From IMG/VR virus record IMGVR_UViG_3300038424_000251, positions 186,001 through 250,000 of that record: a stretch of 64,000 nucleotides of DNA. One strand, written 5' to 3'. Below are positions 33,640 through 45,343 of this stretch, in pieces. Every line of letters begins with the position of its first letter. Positions within the stretch are counted from its first letter, which is position 1. The notes under the pieces were generated by a model that did no database searches, had not been told where the DNA came from, and saw nothing but the letters and a program-made list of their open reading frames with translations. Made by a program: the position numbers and the translations under genes.

Positions 33640-36162
33640 ATGAAAACAAGTGAATGGAAAATTGTCATTATTGTATCAATTGTATTTATGGTGGGGTTTT
33701 ATGTAGGATATGAAATTTGTAAAAACAATATGAGATATGATGCCATAAATGCTGGCGTTGCTCACTTTGTCACTATTAATAAAGACAATCCTTATAATGA
33801 ATTTCCTCATAGCGAATTTCAGTGGATTACAAACACTGTTATAAGGAAGTAACGTATGAAGGAAAGCCTTATTACATATTATTAATAATAATATGGCACA
33901 AAAAATAGTTACAAGCACAAGCCCAAGAATCTTTGAAGAAAAAGTTAATCAACTTCTTGAAGATGGATGGAAAGTAGTTCCCGGTTCAATGATTAATTCT
34001 GTTTCTTCTCATTATGATAAAACGTGGAGTAGAAGCGAAGTTAATTATCTTTGTTCGGTTGTATTGGAAAAATCAACTTAAGATTTATGGGAGAATTAAC
34101 CATAGAAGATTACAGAAAACGCCTTGAACAAGCGTATGATATGTGGGATAGTGGTCTTGAAATCCACGATGGAACTAATGGTGATTTAATACCTATCAAA
34201 GATTGGATAGAACAAGTTGAAGGTGTTGGCTTTATTGATTACGATGGCCATGGCGTATTTTCTTTCAAACGGGCTGATGGAGTATGGATAAAAGGTAGAT
34301 TGCATATTCACCCTTCTGACATTACAAAATTTAAAATAACACCGCCTGCGTGGGCAACTCATGTGTTATGGTTTAATAGATAAAATTATGTTAGAATTTG
34401 TTAAAAAATTTTTCAGAAGAAACTTAACTCCTATTGATTATTCAAAAGTTATTGAAGTCGGCGATACTATTGGTTTCACGTATGCTAGTTATTATCACGA
34501 AGGCATAGTTGAAACTATTTTGAATTTAAATGAAAGTAATGATGATGTAAAATATGTCATAAAAATTACACGAGATGATTCTCCTAGATATTTTTCTAAC
34601 TGGATAGGTAGGACTGAAATAATTGATTTAAGTTATACTTATTGGACAATTATTAAAAAATATAATGTTACAGAAATACCAGTTGATGTTTCTTTTAAAA
34701 ATAAATAATATGAACGGTAGTTATTACAAAGAATGGTTAAAAGAACAAAATCCTGAAAATCCAGTGTGTGAAATGTACTCTGGCTTCATTATAATGTTAT
34801 TCTTATTTTGTGGTGGTATTGCTCTTACTTTGTCAGCACATTTATTATGGTGTATAGTTGTAGTGTTATTTTCAATATTAGGAATGTATCATTGGGGAAA
34901 ATTGATAATATAATGGTGGTTTTATAATCATAACATTAAAATACAGAAAGAACTTGAACAAGAACGAAAAGAAGCCGAACAAGAACGGTACAAATATGCT
35001 ATAATTCAACTTAAAGAAATAAAAAAGTTGATAGACGAATTTCTTAAAAAAGGTGAAGAAATACAGCATAGAAATATGAAACAAGTTTCACCCGGTCTTT
35101 GGATTAACAAAGATTCCACGATGGAAGAAGTTCTTAAATGGTTAAATGATATGATTCCCAAAGAAAAGTAAAATATGATGAAAGGCCAACTAGTATATGA
35201 TAAAGAGGGAAAGTTGATTTCCCACAGACGTTGGTTTAAGGTAATATTTAATCCAATTTTGAGAAAATTTGGTTGGCAGATTGTGACTCAAATTGATAAG
35301 AAAGAAAATTTTATCGGGTATATATTAAAGAAATACGAAAATTCCAAAAATCATGAACATAATAATTTTTAGCAAAAAATGCTGTCAGTGGTTTAAGGGC
35401 TGGCGTCAAAAACACAAAAAATTGTATTTTAACTTGATTGTTGCTCTTGTGGTGTTTGGAGGTATGCTTCCTTCCTGCCTTGTATTTTCCGTGTTTGGGA
35501 TGGTTGTGCATCATGTAACTTGGCAAATAAACTTTGCTTTACTAATTGGAGGTTACATACTATTTGTTTTTGGTTCTCTATTAGGTGCTCTTGTGGGATA
35601 TGTAAGCCTTCTTGCGGAAAAATATTATTTTTTAGAAAACTCCGATTCTATTGACAAGATTAAATCTTAACAATTTATCATATACCCTATAGGGATAGTG
35701 GTAGTAGGACTCCCACTAGCGCTTGACTTTTTATAGAAGTATGATAAACTACTATATTGGTTATGAAATTGAAAAACCTAATAGTTTATCCTATTCTTGG
35801 AATAGCCTGTTTGTTGGCTTTATTATCCGTTCCATCTATCTTAATGGTCGGCATTGCTTTTGCCATTGACGGTCAAGAAAATGAAACACTTGGTCAATAT
35901 CTTGAAAGGAAAGAAATTTAAATTTATGAAATGTAAATCTCCACTGACACCGTTGTTCATAGTTTTAACAACTGGCTTTACCGGCATTTTTGCGTTCATA
36001 TCCACTTTAACTTTATGGACACAAAGATTTCCAAAACTTGGAGCAGTGATTAGTATAATCATTGCTATTATTTTTGTCCTACATTGGTATTGCTTTTGTC
36101 GTTTTCATGACGAGTTGAGAAAAGAAGCCGGATGGAAGATTGAACCACCCACTAAAATATGA
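33640..36162 (+). other. run of small hypothetical and membrane ORFs (33640..33852, 33893..34081, 34051..34383, 34361..34708, 34665..34913, 35175..35372, 35353..35670, 35854..36162)
   Basis: ORF track; some starts uncertain. Confidence 0.55.
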
Positions 36163-36536
36163 AAAATAGAATAATTAAATTCAGAGTTTGGGACAAAACC
36201 GAAAAAACCTTTTGGAATACCGATAATGGTCTTTACTTCTGGTTACATGGTGAAAGTGCAAAAGAACTTGCTGGTGGTATTTCTATTGCCTTCTTTATAG
36301 GAAGAAACCAAACCTTTATTGTTCAACAATTTACTGGCTTAAAAGACAAGAATAGCAAAGAGATTTACGAAGGAGATATTGTTGAATTATGTGGAGAAGC
36401 TATAATTGCGTGGGAGGAAAGTATTTTTGAAGTAAAATATTACGCAAACCGATTTACTCCCGAAAATATTTGTAATCCCAATGAAATAAAAGTAATCGGA
36501 AATATTGGTGAGAATAAAGATTTACTCAAAAGATAA
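36159..36536 (+). CDS. YopX-family phage protein
   Basis: IKFRVWDK...QFTGLKDKNSKEIYEGDIV...VIGNIGENKDLL. Confidence 0.9.
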   Translation: MKNRIIKFRVWDKTEKTFWNTDNGLYFWLHGESAKELAGGISIAFFIGRNQTFIVQQFTGLKDKNSKEIYEGDIVELCGEAIIAWEESIFEVKYYANRFTPENICNPNEIKVIGNIGENKDLLKR

Positions 36537-39500
36537 ATGAAACTTTGTCGTCACGAAAATAACGTTTTAGCGTGGAAAGGAGACGCTGCACTTTTATTTG
36601 TCGCTCGGTTGATTCTAACCAAAATATACCCTTCTGAGATACCTATTAAATTTCTGATGGCACGCCAAGAAAGAATCGTTTCCAACCATTCTCTAAGCAA
36701 TTACTGTAAACGTCATAATTTGAAATATGGGTGCAACGTCTTGGAAATCAAGATTGGACAAATGATTTTTGATAATATCAGTGAGGCCGAAGAAATTGTG
36801 AAAGATATTATCAAGAATGATATGGTGATTAGAAAAATGGATGCAGAACAACTTGTTGATGGTAAACTTAACTTGGAATTCTTTAAAAAGAATCAAGTCA
36901 CTGAAAGAATTAGATTGGAAAAAAGGTTGTTCTTCCAGAAAGCAAACGCCTTGAATCTCATTCCTGCAAAAAAACGTTATATTTTTCCTTATTTTAAGAA
37001 AATTTGTAATTTCTGTCTGGCGTGTAAATATTCATTTGACATTTTCACAAGAAAAGATATAATTACTACAACCGAACAATAAAATGCCACCTATCATTTA
37101 TGCCATAAGAGTAAATGAGAATAGAAGTGAAATTTTAAAGGTATTAAAAATCCTTTTTGCTCATGGTTATGTTTTTGATACAAATAAAAGATTAAGAACA
37201 ACAGATTCATTTCTCAAATGGTATGATGGTGATTTTATACATTGGAAGTGGATTGTTCTTAATACTGATTCAACGTGTAAAGCGGTTGTTACCGCATATT
37301 ATGATATACCTTACGGTTTTATAGAAACAACCGCTGAAGCGTTTATTGAATTAAAATTAAAATAAATAAAATGAAAAAAAGAATCTACATAAAAGTGTTT
37401 GGTAAAAAGAAATTAATTCGTATAAATCATGGTTACGGTCAAAGTGGAGTTGGTATTTTACCTGATAGAAGTAACACGTATATTACAAGAGATTTTTGGA
37501 TGGATGGTTACAGTTACTTTGTAGAAGAAACAATAAACATTGGATGGAAATTTGCTGAAGATGGTAATACTTTTATACCTCTTTCTCCATTGCCAGAAAT
37601 TGACAGACGGTGGTTATCCAGAAAATTTGAACAGAAAGTAAAGAGTACCTTGAAATTGTTGAAAAAAGCTTACACCAGAAATATCAAATCTCACAGACAA
37701 GAACAAATGAAACTTTTAGAAGAAATAGGAAAAGTTGGAAAGTTTATAAATGTTCAATCGCCTGTAGTGAATCAACCTTCATGGAATGGTTTGCTTAAAG
37801 ATTTAAAAACGTTCGGTGAGAGTTTTAAGAAGGCAAGAATAAAGGGTCCAATTATCAATGCTGCTGGGGAAAGAATATGAAACTTCAAATATACAAATAT
37901 AGAGGCAGTTGGTCAAGTGGAATAGGTAAATGGTTGTTTGTCAATTTGACAGGGTATTCCAAAGCTAGTGTTAAAGATTACTTTGATAGAATTAATTCCG
38001 ACTGGTCATTTGGTGAACACTATCGCGGTGTGAACTGGAAAAAAGTAAGTAAACCATCAAAGGAATTTCTACAAGAAGAATTGGAACGGTTGGAAGATAA
38101 ACAAGAATCAATTCGTAAAAGAATCAGAAGCGTCCTTGAATACATCCAAGAAAATAACGTGGTTTTCAGTGACGGTGATAAAAAAAAGAAATAATATATG
38201 GCAGAAGTGGTAATCAATGAACCAAGTGTTTGCATATATTGTAGAGGAAACAAACGATACTTTATGGTTAACTCTGATGAACTTGCTTATCTGATAAGAA
38301 CATTTAACAATATATGGTATTGTCAAAAAGCAAAAGAGTATCAAACGATTGATACTTCCGGAGATATTCATTACTTTATATTTGATTACAAATATAATAA
38401 AATACACAAATAAATAAGTATGAAGTATAAAATCCATGTTGGTAGGAATAGAGAAAGAATTGAAAAGGTTCTTACCACGCTTTTTAAATATGGTTATGTA
38501 TTTACAAAAACAAGAAGAATAAGAGATTTCAATATCATAAGAAATGGACACTGGTGGAATGATATGACACGTTATTGGGAGTGGATTATTACAGGTTACG
38601 ATGAGGATTGCAAAATGGTGGTAGGTGCAAGTGATATGACATGGACAGACTTTATGGAAGTTTCATTGGAAGAATTTATTAAATTGAATACGGTAAATAA
38701 GAATAAAACTCAACATACATAAAAATATGATAAACCAAGAAACAAAAGCATTTGCTGAAAGTATTATGAAGAATGTTGGTGAAGAAGCAGACAAGCTTTA
38801 CCATGATGGAATGAGTATTGTTGGGGATAATGTAAATACTGCTATCCATTTTCTTTCACAATCAACGGTATTGTATGCGGTAGGAAAATCAATAGCAAAA
38901 GCAATCGTTGAACATACACCTGTTCCACCAAATCCTGACGGTGAGAAGAAGTGAGGCTTGACTTTTTATAAGCGCATGGTATCATGAAATAATGAAAACT
39001 CCAAAATTCAAGATAAACGATGTAGTCACATTTGACGGCTCACCAAAGAATATAACGGCCATTGCCCGCGTAAGTTACATCATTTACGACAAATTTCTTA
39101 AAAAATTTACATACACTTTGGAAGGATGGTGCTGTAAGTTTGAAGAAGAAGAATTGACTCTTTTTAACGGTTCTGTTGAAGGTTAAAAGATATGAGCAAA
39201 ACAAGACCAGCAGCCAGTTTTGATGCAACGTATTCCACATACGAAAACTCAAAACAAAGGCCATTATCAAAACACTTGGTTGACCTAATTATTGAAAATT
39301 TCATCAAAGTGGAAGTGGGTGGTTGGGGAACAAAAATGAAAATCATTGTCAAACAAGGTGCAAAAGTTAGCACGCGCACCGATGAACACGGAGTAACAAC
39401 CATTTACTGTGAACCACCCAAAGACGTTAAAACGTCTATAATGACTCACGAACAACTTACAGAAACGGTAAAAAAAGTGGTAAATGCTATAGAAGGATAA
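36537..39500 (+). other. run of hypothetical ORFs (36537..37082, 37084..37365, 37371..37880, 37877..38194, 38198..38413, 38420..38722, 38727..38954, 38992..39186, 39192..39500); 37084 and 38420 are paralogs
   Basis: ORF track, abutting. Confidence 0.6.
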
Positions 39501-39508
39501 AAACAGAT

Positions 39509-39913
39509 ATGATTACATTTTTGATGACTTTATCAATAGTTGTGGTAATGCTTCTTATTAAAAAGAAAAGCAGAAAATTCTTTTTCTATGTAATTTTTCC
39601 TCTTTGGTTTGTACTAATTTTCTTTAGTTATTCAGGTGCATGTTCACAAGAGAATTTTTCTTTAATTATACCAACATTTCTGATGGTATCAGGTTGTATG
39701 ATGAACTATTCGGTAATAACGTTGAATAAGGGAAAAATGCCGGTATCAGAGAATTTTGATGGTAACATTGAACCGTATAATTTGTCTCATTGCTTAATAA
39801 ATCCAAAGACAAGATTGAAGTGGTTTGGAGATATTATTGACTTTAGAATTTCATACGTATCCATTGGGGACGTATTGATTACTGTGGGAGCTTTGTTATT
39901 TTTTGTATTGTAA
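39509..39913 (+). CDS. DUF5317-like membrane protein
   Basis: NYSVITLNKGKMPVS...TRLKWFGDII...SIGDVLI. Confidence 0.65.
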   Translation: MITFLMTLSIVVVMLLIKKKSRKFFFYVIFPLWFVLIFFSYSGACSQENFSLIIPTFLMVSGCMMNYSVITLNKGKMPVSENFDGNIEPYNLSHCLINPKTRLKWFGDIIDFRISYVSIGDVLITVGALLFFVL

Positions 39914-40449
39914 AAATGATAAGTGAATTATGAGAAAACTTTTAGAATTTGTAGATAACACGCCACCTTGGGTTTTATTTTTACTGACAGGAATTGCCTT
40001 TCTGCTGACTGCATTAAGTATAATTTTGTAATAAAAACAAAAGATGGTTATAGTATGTTAAAAAAATTCTTTCATAAACTGAAATGGGTGTATGGAACCT
40101 GCACAAGCGGAGAAGATAAACATATACATACACAAACAGCCAGACGAAACCGATTCACTGGCGAAGTGCAGTTCATTCTTTGGCATAAAGGTGAGAAGCA
40201 AGGCGATTATCTTTACACAGAAGATTATTGGCATAATTATAATGAATATTGGTGGCCGAATTTTAGGGAAAATGAATTAAATTTCTCACAATAATTAGCT
40301 GAATACGTATCTAAATTTGTGAAAATAAATGAACAAGTTCCTGAACAGATTTGTCCTGAATGCAAGGGTAAAGGTGAGCTAAGAAGGTTCAAGATATACG
40401 TTGGATGTTACTCTATTGGTTGTTGGAAATGTAAAGGCAAAGGAACCAT

Positions 40450-41000
40450 CCCTATATCCACAGAGGGAGTAGTACCACCCTCACTTGTATAAATATTTAC
40501 ATATCACTCTCTAGCCCTATTGAGGGGTGAGTACCCCCAGCGCTGTTCTCGTCGAAAGCGTTATGTGACTGGTGGATTAAATGAGGCTGAATATCTACAA
40601 TGATTGTTTGTAGAAATAGGATAGTTTAAAGAGCTAGATAGTGTGTGCGTTTTCTTAAAATATTGTAAAAATCAGGCTCTTAAATTTAAGTAATTGTGTG
40701 AATGAATGTCGGTTGGTTACAGCTCTAAGAGCCAGAATTTCCCCATGCTGGTTAGATCATGATTATACTATTATACAGGGCTTTCTAGGTACTTTTTAAA
40801 ATTGTACTTAATATTAATTATAAGTACTTTTAATAATTTAACTAGGTACAGAAGTACTTCTAAGTACTATCATGATCGCCCAAAAAATTATTTTATTTTG
40901 CGTTGTGCGCTTTTAAATTTTATATTCAGAAAGCGCTTAATTCTAAAAAAATTAGGATTTAGCTCTTAAAAATATTTTTTCAGAGAACAGCGCTTTTTAG
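40450..41000. other. long non-coding locus with nested inverted repeats and six GTAC motifs; candidate replication origin or other DNA control site
   Basis: agcgctgttctc 40539-50 / gagaacagcgct 40983-94; gatcatgat 40755-63 / atcatgatc 40869-77; GTAC at 40789, 40804, 40824, 40846, 40854, 40864 in very AT-rich DNA. Confidence 0.45.
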
Positions 41001-41249
41001 GATTCTATAAATAATAGAAAAGGATGGGTTTGGCGAAGTTTATCGTTAACGCTGCGCAAAACGCAGCCAGTTTCATCTTTAACGATAATAATAAGAAATG
41101 ATTTTGAAATGTTTGTATAAACGCCACGGCGCATGGTATTGTGAGATATGGATGCCAATATGGCGAAGAAATTTGAAGAATTGTAGTATCTACCTTCCGG
41201 AGCCCGTAGGTCGCCTCACATAGATATGTTATCAAATGTTTATAGAAAG

Positions 41250-41702
41250 TCAAGCGTTACTGTTATGTTTTACAATATCCACACAAAGATTTATAAAATC
41301 AGGATGTGACATATAGTGTTTAGCAATATTGGCTTCTTTTATGGTCAATCTTATGTTAGAAATATCACTGGTTCCACCATTACGCAAAGGAATAATATGG
41401 TCAGGAGAAACGTTACCACCACTCAATTTACGACCTGTTAATGCGCATATAAGTTTTTGTTGTTTAGCTAATTTCCATATATCCCATCCTGTAATAATTG
41501 ATGTTCTATCTTTTCTCTTTATAGAATAAGCTATTCTTAAACAGGCATGTCGCCAATAATAACGCTTTCTACTTTCATTTACACCGTTTCTTCTTTGAGG
41601 ATTTGTCTTATTTTTCCAATAATTTACTTTCCATTTTTGGCGGTATTGATTGTATTTTTCTGGATTTTCTCTTTTTAATTTTTCAATATAAGTTTCTTTC
41701 AT
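41250..41702 (-). CDS. HNH endonuclease (basic N-terminus), paralog of 60056..60604
   Basis: CALTGRKL...SPDHIIPLRNGGTSDISNIRL...ANIAK; probable ATG at 41702. Confidence 0.85.
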   Translation of the reverse strand: MKETYIEKLKRENPEKYNQYRQKWKVNYWKNKTNPQRRNGVNESRKRYYWRHACLRIAYSIKRKDRTSIITGWDIWKLAKQQKLICALTGRKLSGGNVSPDHIIPLRNGGTSDISNIRLTIKEANIAKHYMSHPDFINLCVDIVKHNSNA

Positions 41703-41900
41703 ACCAATAAATAGAGCGCAATTAATGTTTACGCTCAAATTGATAACATTGTGGTATGCGCCATAAATTACTATACAATTCAGGAATTAGGGGATCTTCG
41801 GTGTGATTTTATTATATCATAGTTTTTATATTTGTCAAGCCTTCAACTGTGTTTTCATGTCAGCGCTTGACTTTTTATAAAGTTTTGATATATTGAACTT

Positions 41901-42694
41901 ATGGCAAAACACTCTGAAAAGTTCTTAAAAACGTTGGATGATGAACTGAATTATTTGATTGAATTACCGCCTGCGGAAATCAAGTGTATTCTAAATTTGG
42001 GGATATACAACAATATACCGGAAAACATTGCTGATATTGTGAATGAAATATGTCAGCGCTTTCACTCACCTACAATTCTAGTGGGAAATGAAGGAAGCAG
42101 AGTAATATATGTCAAAGATTATTCAGGTAATATTACCACAAAGGATTTTGTCTCATTTATGGAAACACTAGCAGGGAAATACAATGCTGATGAATATACA
42201 TTTCGTGGCGATATACCGTTGACATATCGACTTTGGTGGGATTGATTTATGAAAATCGTTTCTGCATACCATTTGGATGCTAACCACAAATACACTGATT
42301 TACCTGAATTGGAAAATAAAGAGGGTAAAAGTTACAATGCTCTTTTTCTTCTCTTAAAAGAGGGCGACCATGCAACTGTTGAAGTTCTGGGCAGAGGATA
42401 TAAGGAAATTTGGATTGAAGATGGTAAGCAGTGGATTCAGAGAAATTTTGCTTACGAATATTAATTTCTTCAATGGAACCGCCAATCTTTGACCATAAAC
42501 TTTGGGCAGATTGCCAATTAAAGGCAACTGGTGCAAATGTTCACAAATTGAAAAACCAGATGTCAATTTACATAAGTGAATTCCAGTTAGTGGAGCAATG
42601 CGGTAAAAGTTGGAATGACCCTTTTGACGGTGGCATACGAGCGGACCTTGTTAAAAAGGTTGAACAGGAGTTGAGGAAAGAACTTAACAAGTGA
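41901..42694 (+). other. small hypothetical ORFs (41901..42245, 42249..42464, about 42473..42694)
   Basis: ORF track. Confidence 0.55.
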
Positions 42695-42734
42695 GGCTTG
42701 ACTTCTATAAAAATTCTGATAAATTAAAACCGTT

Positions 42735-43628
42735 ATGAATAAAACAAACTTAGTTCTTCATTGTGGCGCTCGAGCAATTGACCGCCAAACTCTATCACTC
42801 ATTCCTTGCCCACAGGCAACGGAAACATGGCATCCAATCCCACATATTCGATTGGTGCAAGAAGTTGAACGTTCATTAGCCGCTTCTGGCATGAAAATTG
42901 TCGTTGAAGCTTACGGAGTAACTGAAGGTAACGCTCGAATGTTCGGGTTACTTCAGATTGCCAATGGTCAAGATAGCGTTGACTACGCTTATGTAATTGG
43001 AATTCGCGGGTCCATTGATAAATCACTTTCACGGGGCTTGGCTGTTGGCTCAAGTGTCTTTGTGTGTGATAACTTGGCTTTCAGCTCTGAAATCGTTTTT
43101 CACCGCAAGTCAACCAAGAATATCGAAGAGGATATTCCGCGGATGGTTGACACTGCTATTGGCCAGCTCTCAAAGCGATACAATGACCAAGGCAAACGGA
43201 TTGACACTTACAAGGCTACAGCGCTGAGTGACAAGGATGCTGCTTGGCTGTTAGCAGAAATTGCTGGCGATGTTTTTCCGTGGCAGAAATTTGGGGATAT
43301 TTACAAGGAATTCAAGAATCCCCGCCATCCTGAATTCGGCAAGAAAAATTTGTGGGCGTTGTTCAATTCAGTGACGGAAAATCTCAAGCCCCGTGCTGAG
43401 TCAAAGGCAAGTGGTTTGTGGACACTACCTGCTCGCACTGGCAGACTTCACAAAATTTGTGATGATTATGCCGGCTTGGTAATTGATACCACTGCTGAAG
43501 TGACGCCGGTAACACAAACGGAAGTCGTCGTAGCCGAAGCTCAACCTGCTGTGGTTTTACATGATGAAATAATTACGGCTCCGGCAATTCCGGGCCCCGA
43601 AGCAGCGCATTCTGGTTCTATGGAATAA
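42735..43628 (+). CDS. DUF932-family phage/plasmid protein with Ala/Pro/Thr-rich tail
   Basis: TETWHPIPH...RMFGLL...IRGSIDKS...GSSVFVCDNLAF...LWALFNSVTE. Confidence 0.8.
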   Translation: MNKTNLVLHCGARAIDRQTLSLIPCPQATETWHPIPHIRLVQEVERSLAASGMKIVVEAYGVTEGNARMFGLLQIANGQDSVDYAYVIGIRGSIDKSLSRGLAVGSSVFVCDNLAFSSEIVFHRKSTKNIEEDIPRMVDTAIGQLSKRYNDQGKRIDTYKATALSDKDAAWLLAEIAGDVFPWQKFGDIYKEFKNPRHPEFGKKNLWALFNSVTENLKPRAESKASGLWTLPARTGRLHKICDDYAGLVIDTTAEVTPVTQTEVVVAEAQPAVVLHDEIITAPAIPGPEAAHSGSME

Positions 43629-43885
43629 TTCAAGACCGGTCATAGCCAAGCCCTAGGGGAAACCTTGGGGCTTGACTTTTATAAAAATTTTGGTAAATTA
43701 AAAATATGATTATACTACCATTAGGATTAGCCCTCGGTGTATTTTGTGGAAACTTTGTCATTTACGGAATTTTACAACATAATGTAAAGAAAGGTTTGTT
43801 CATTGGTGGATTAGCCGGTATTCTATCATTTATTCTGTTGTCTCTTTTTAATTGGCTTTTTTAACTATTTAGTATAACAAACAAT

Positions 43886-44131
43886 ATGGAAAAAATACCC
43901 GCAATCGTTGTTAAAGTGGTTCCTTCAAAAATAGAGAAGGATGCTTTTAGCGGTAAACGTTATGAAGTAGGCAACTATGTTCTTGTTCAGGAGATTGCGT
44001 CAGGCGCACTTCATACATTTATCAATGGTTCAATAAACGGAGTGAAGCCTGAATTACGAGTGGTTGACACAGGGGGAAACATTACATGGCAAAGGTCTGC
44101 AAGTTACAATCTTCCTTTCTTCAGCGCTTGA
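43886..44131 (+). CDS. hypothetical protein
   Basis: ORF track; stop overlaps next -35 box. Confidence 0.6.
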   Translation: MEKIPAIVVKVVPSKIEKDAFSGKRYEVGNYVLVQEIASGALHTFINGSINGVKPELRVVDTGGNITWQRSASYNLPFFSA

Positions 44132-44260
44132 CTTTTTCTAAAATGGTGGTAACGTTTCGGTGACCGGCCAGTCGGGGGTTCGTTAGCAAACTACCAAAAA
44201 GCTGACATGGGGGATGGGTAAGTTAGACGGTATTGGCTCCGTGGAAAGCCAAACTCTGGT

Positions 44261-44300
44261 AAAAAGTAACGGCGCTGACGATAGTAAAGTCGGCGCCGTT
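44261..44300 (-). terminator. 12-bp hairpin terminator
   Basis: aacggcgctgac-gatagtaaa-gtcggcgccgtt, with A5 at 44261-65 giving a U-tract on the minus strand. Confidence 0.7.
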
Positions 44301-44381
44301 CACGTGCGTTTATAATAATTATCGATAAAGGAATCATCGCAGGCTCCGGTCCCCTACTCTCTGGAGGTTTATCTCCACAAC
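44261..44381 (-). ncRNA. candidate ~120-nt small RNA carrying the 42-nt motif (copy 1)
   Basis: Promoter TTGACT 44415-10 / TAGACT 44393-88; motif 44320-44361; terminator stem 44268-44300 then U-tract. Confidence 0.55.
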
Positions 44382-44416
44382 GGTAATAGTCTAACAAAGT
44401 TTTTATAAAAGTCAAG

Positions 44417-45112
44417 CTAAATCTTTTGATAGACAAGCCCGCCAGTGGAATCGATGAGTCGTTGCCATCCTTCGGGAGCTTTGCAAGGTTCATCATAATG
44501 GTAAAAATATTTTGGTAAATTTGCCAAAATAATAGTGCCGGGTTTAGCATCTTGAGCGAGTTTCTTTTCTAATTCTATTTCCAGCTCGTTCTTGTGAAGA
44601 GGACAATAGAAATAAAGAATGTCAAATTGATTATATCCTGTATAAGTTAGTGCGTTTCCTTGAATGAAAAAATCACGGTCACAACGGCAAGAACCATATT
44701 GACGAAAAATATAGTCTGCATTTAGCTTACTAAACAACCCTCGTCCAGCTTCAATCAGTTCTTTCCTCAATTCCAAACCGAAAGCGTCAAATCCAAAACA
44801 ACTGGCTAAAAACACTTTTTGCCCAACGCCACAACCAACATCGAGAAATTTTATTTTGGATATTTGTGTAGATGTCAAATGTAACTCTTTGACAACAAAT
44901 TGGAGTTGTTGAATGAAATCGTTTATTCCAAGATGGATGCATTTATATCCACTATCAGCATCCACATGACGCTGATATTTTTGGTCAGCAGTTTCACCGA
45001 TTGTTTCATTGGCTTTTTGTGCTTCAATCTCAAACATCTTGTCAACGAGATTGCGAAAGCATCGGTCCATCAGAGAAGAGTCAGCCCGGTTATAATCGAG
45101 CAAAGAATTCAT
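44417..45112 (-). CDS. class I SAM-dependent methyltransferase
   Basis: KFLDVGCGVGQKV, GLELRKEL, IQGNAL, DILYFYCPL; probable ATG at 45112. Confidence 0.8.
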   Translation of the reverse strand: MNSLLDYNRADSSLMDRCFRNLVDKMFEIEAQKANETIGETADQKYQRHVDADSGYKCIHLGINDFIQQLQFVVKELHLTSTQISKIKFLDVGCGVGQKVFLASCFGFDAFGLELRKELIEAGRGLFSKLNADYIFRQYGSCRCDRDFFIQGNALTYTGYNQFDILYFYCPLHKNELEIELEKKLAQDAKPGTIILANLPKYFYHYDEPCKAPEGWQRLIDSTGGLVYQKI

Positions 45113-45113
45113 G

Positions 45114-45296
45114 CTATTCTCTTTCGTGAAATCCAATTTGGAAAATTTGGGGTTTGCTACCAATAGCAAGGGGAATGAAGTCTATAGCTTCGTGAGTTTC
45201 TTCGTTCCCGTAGTCACGAAGCTGAACGGGTTGCTTCAATTCCAACGGTGACATTTCGTAAAGTTTTTCCAACAGTTCTTGATATGTTAGTGCCAT
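45114..45296 (-). CDS. hypothetical protein
   Basis: ORF track; own promoter. Confidence 0.6.
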   Translation of the reverse strand: MALTYQELLEKLYEMSPLELKQPVQLRDYGNEETHEAIDFIPLAIGSKPQIFQIGFHERE

Positions 45297-45343
45297 ATAA
45301 ATGGTAATTTATCAAAGATATGAAAAGAGTCAAGCGTTGTCAA

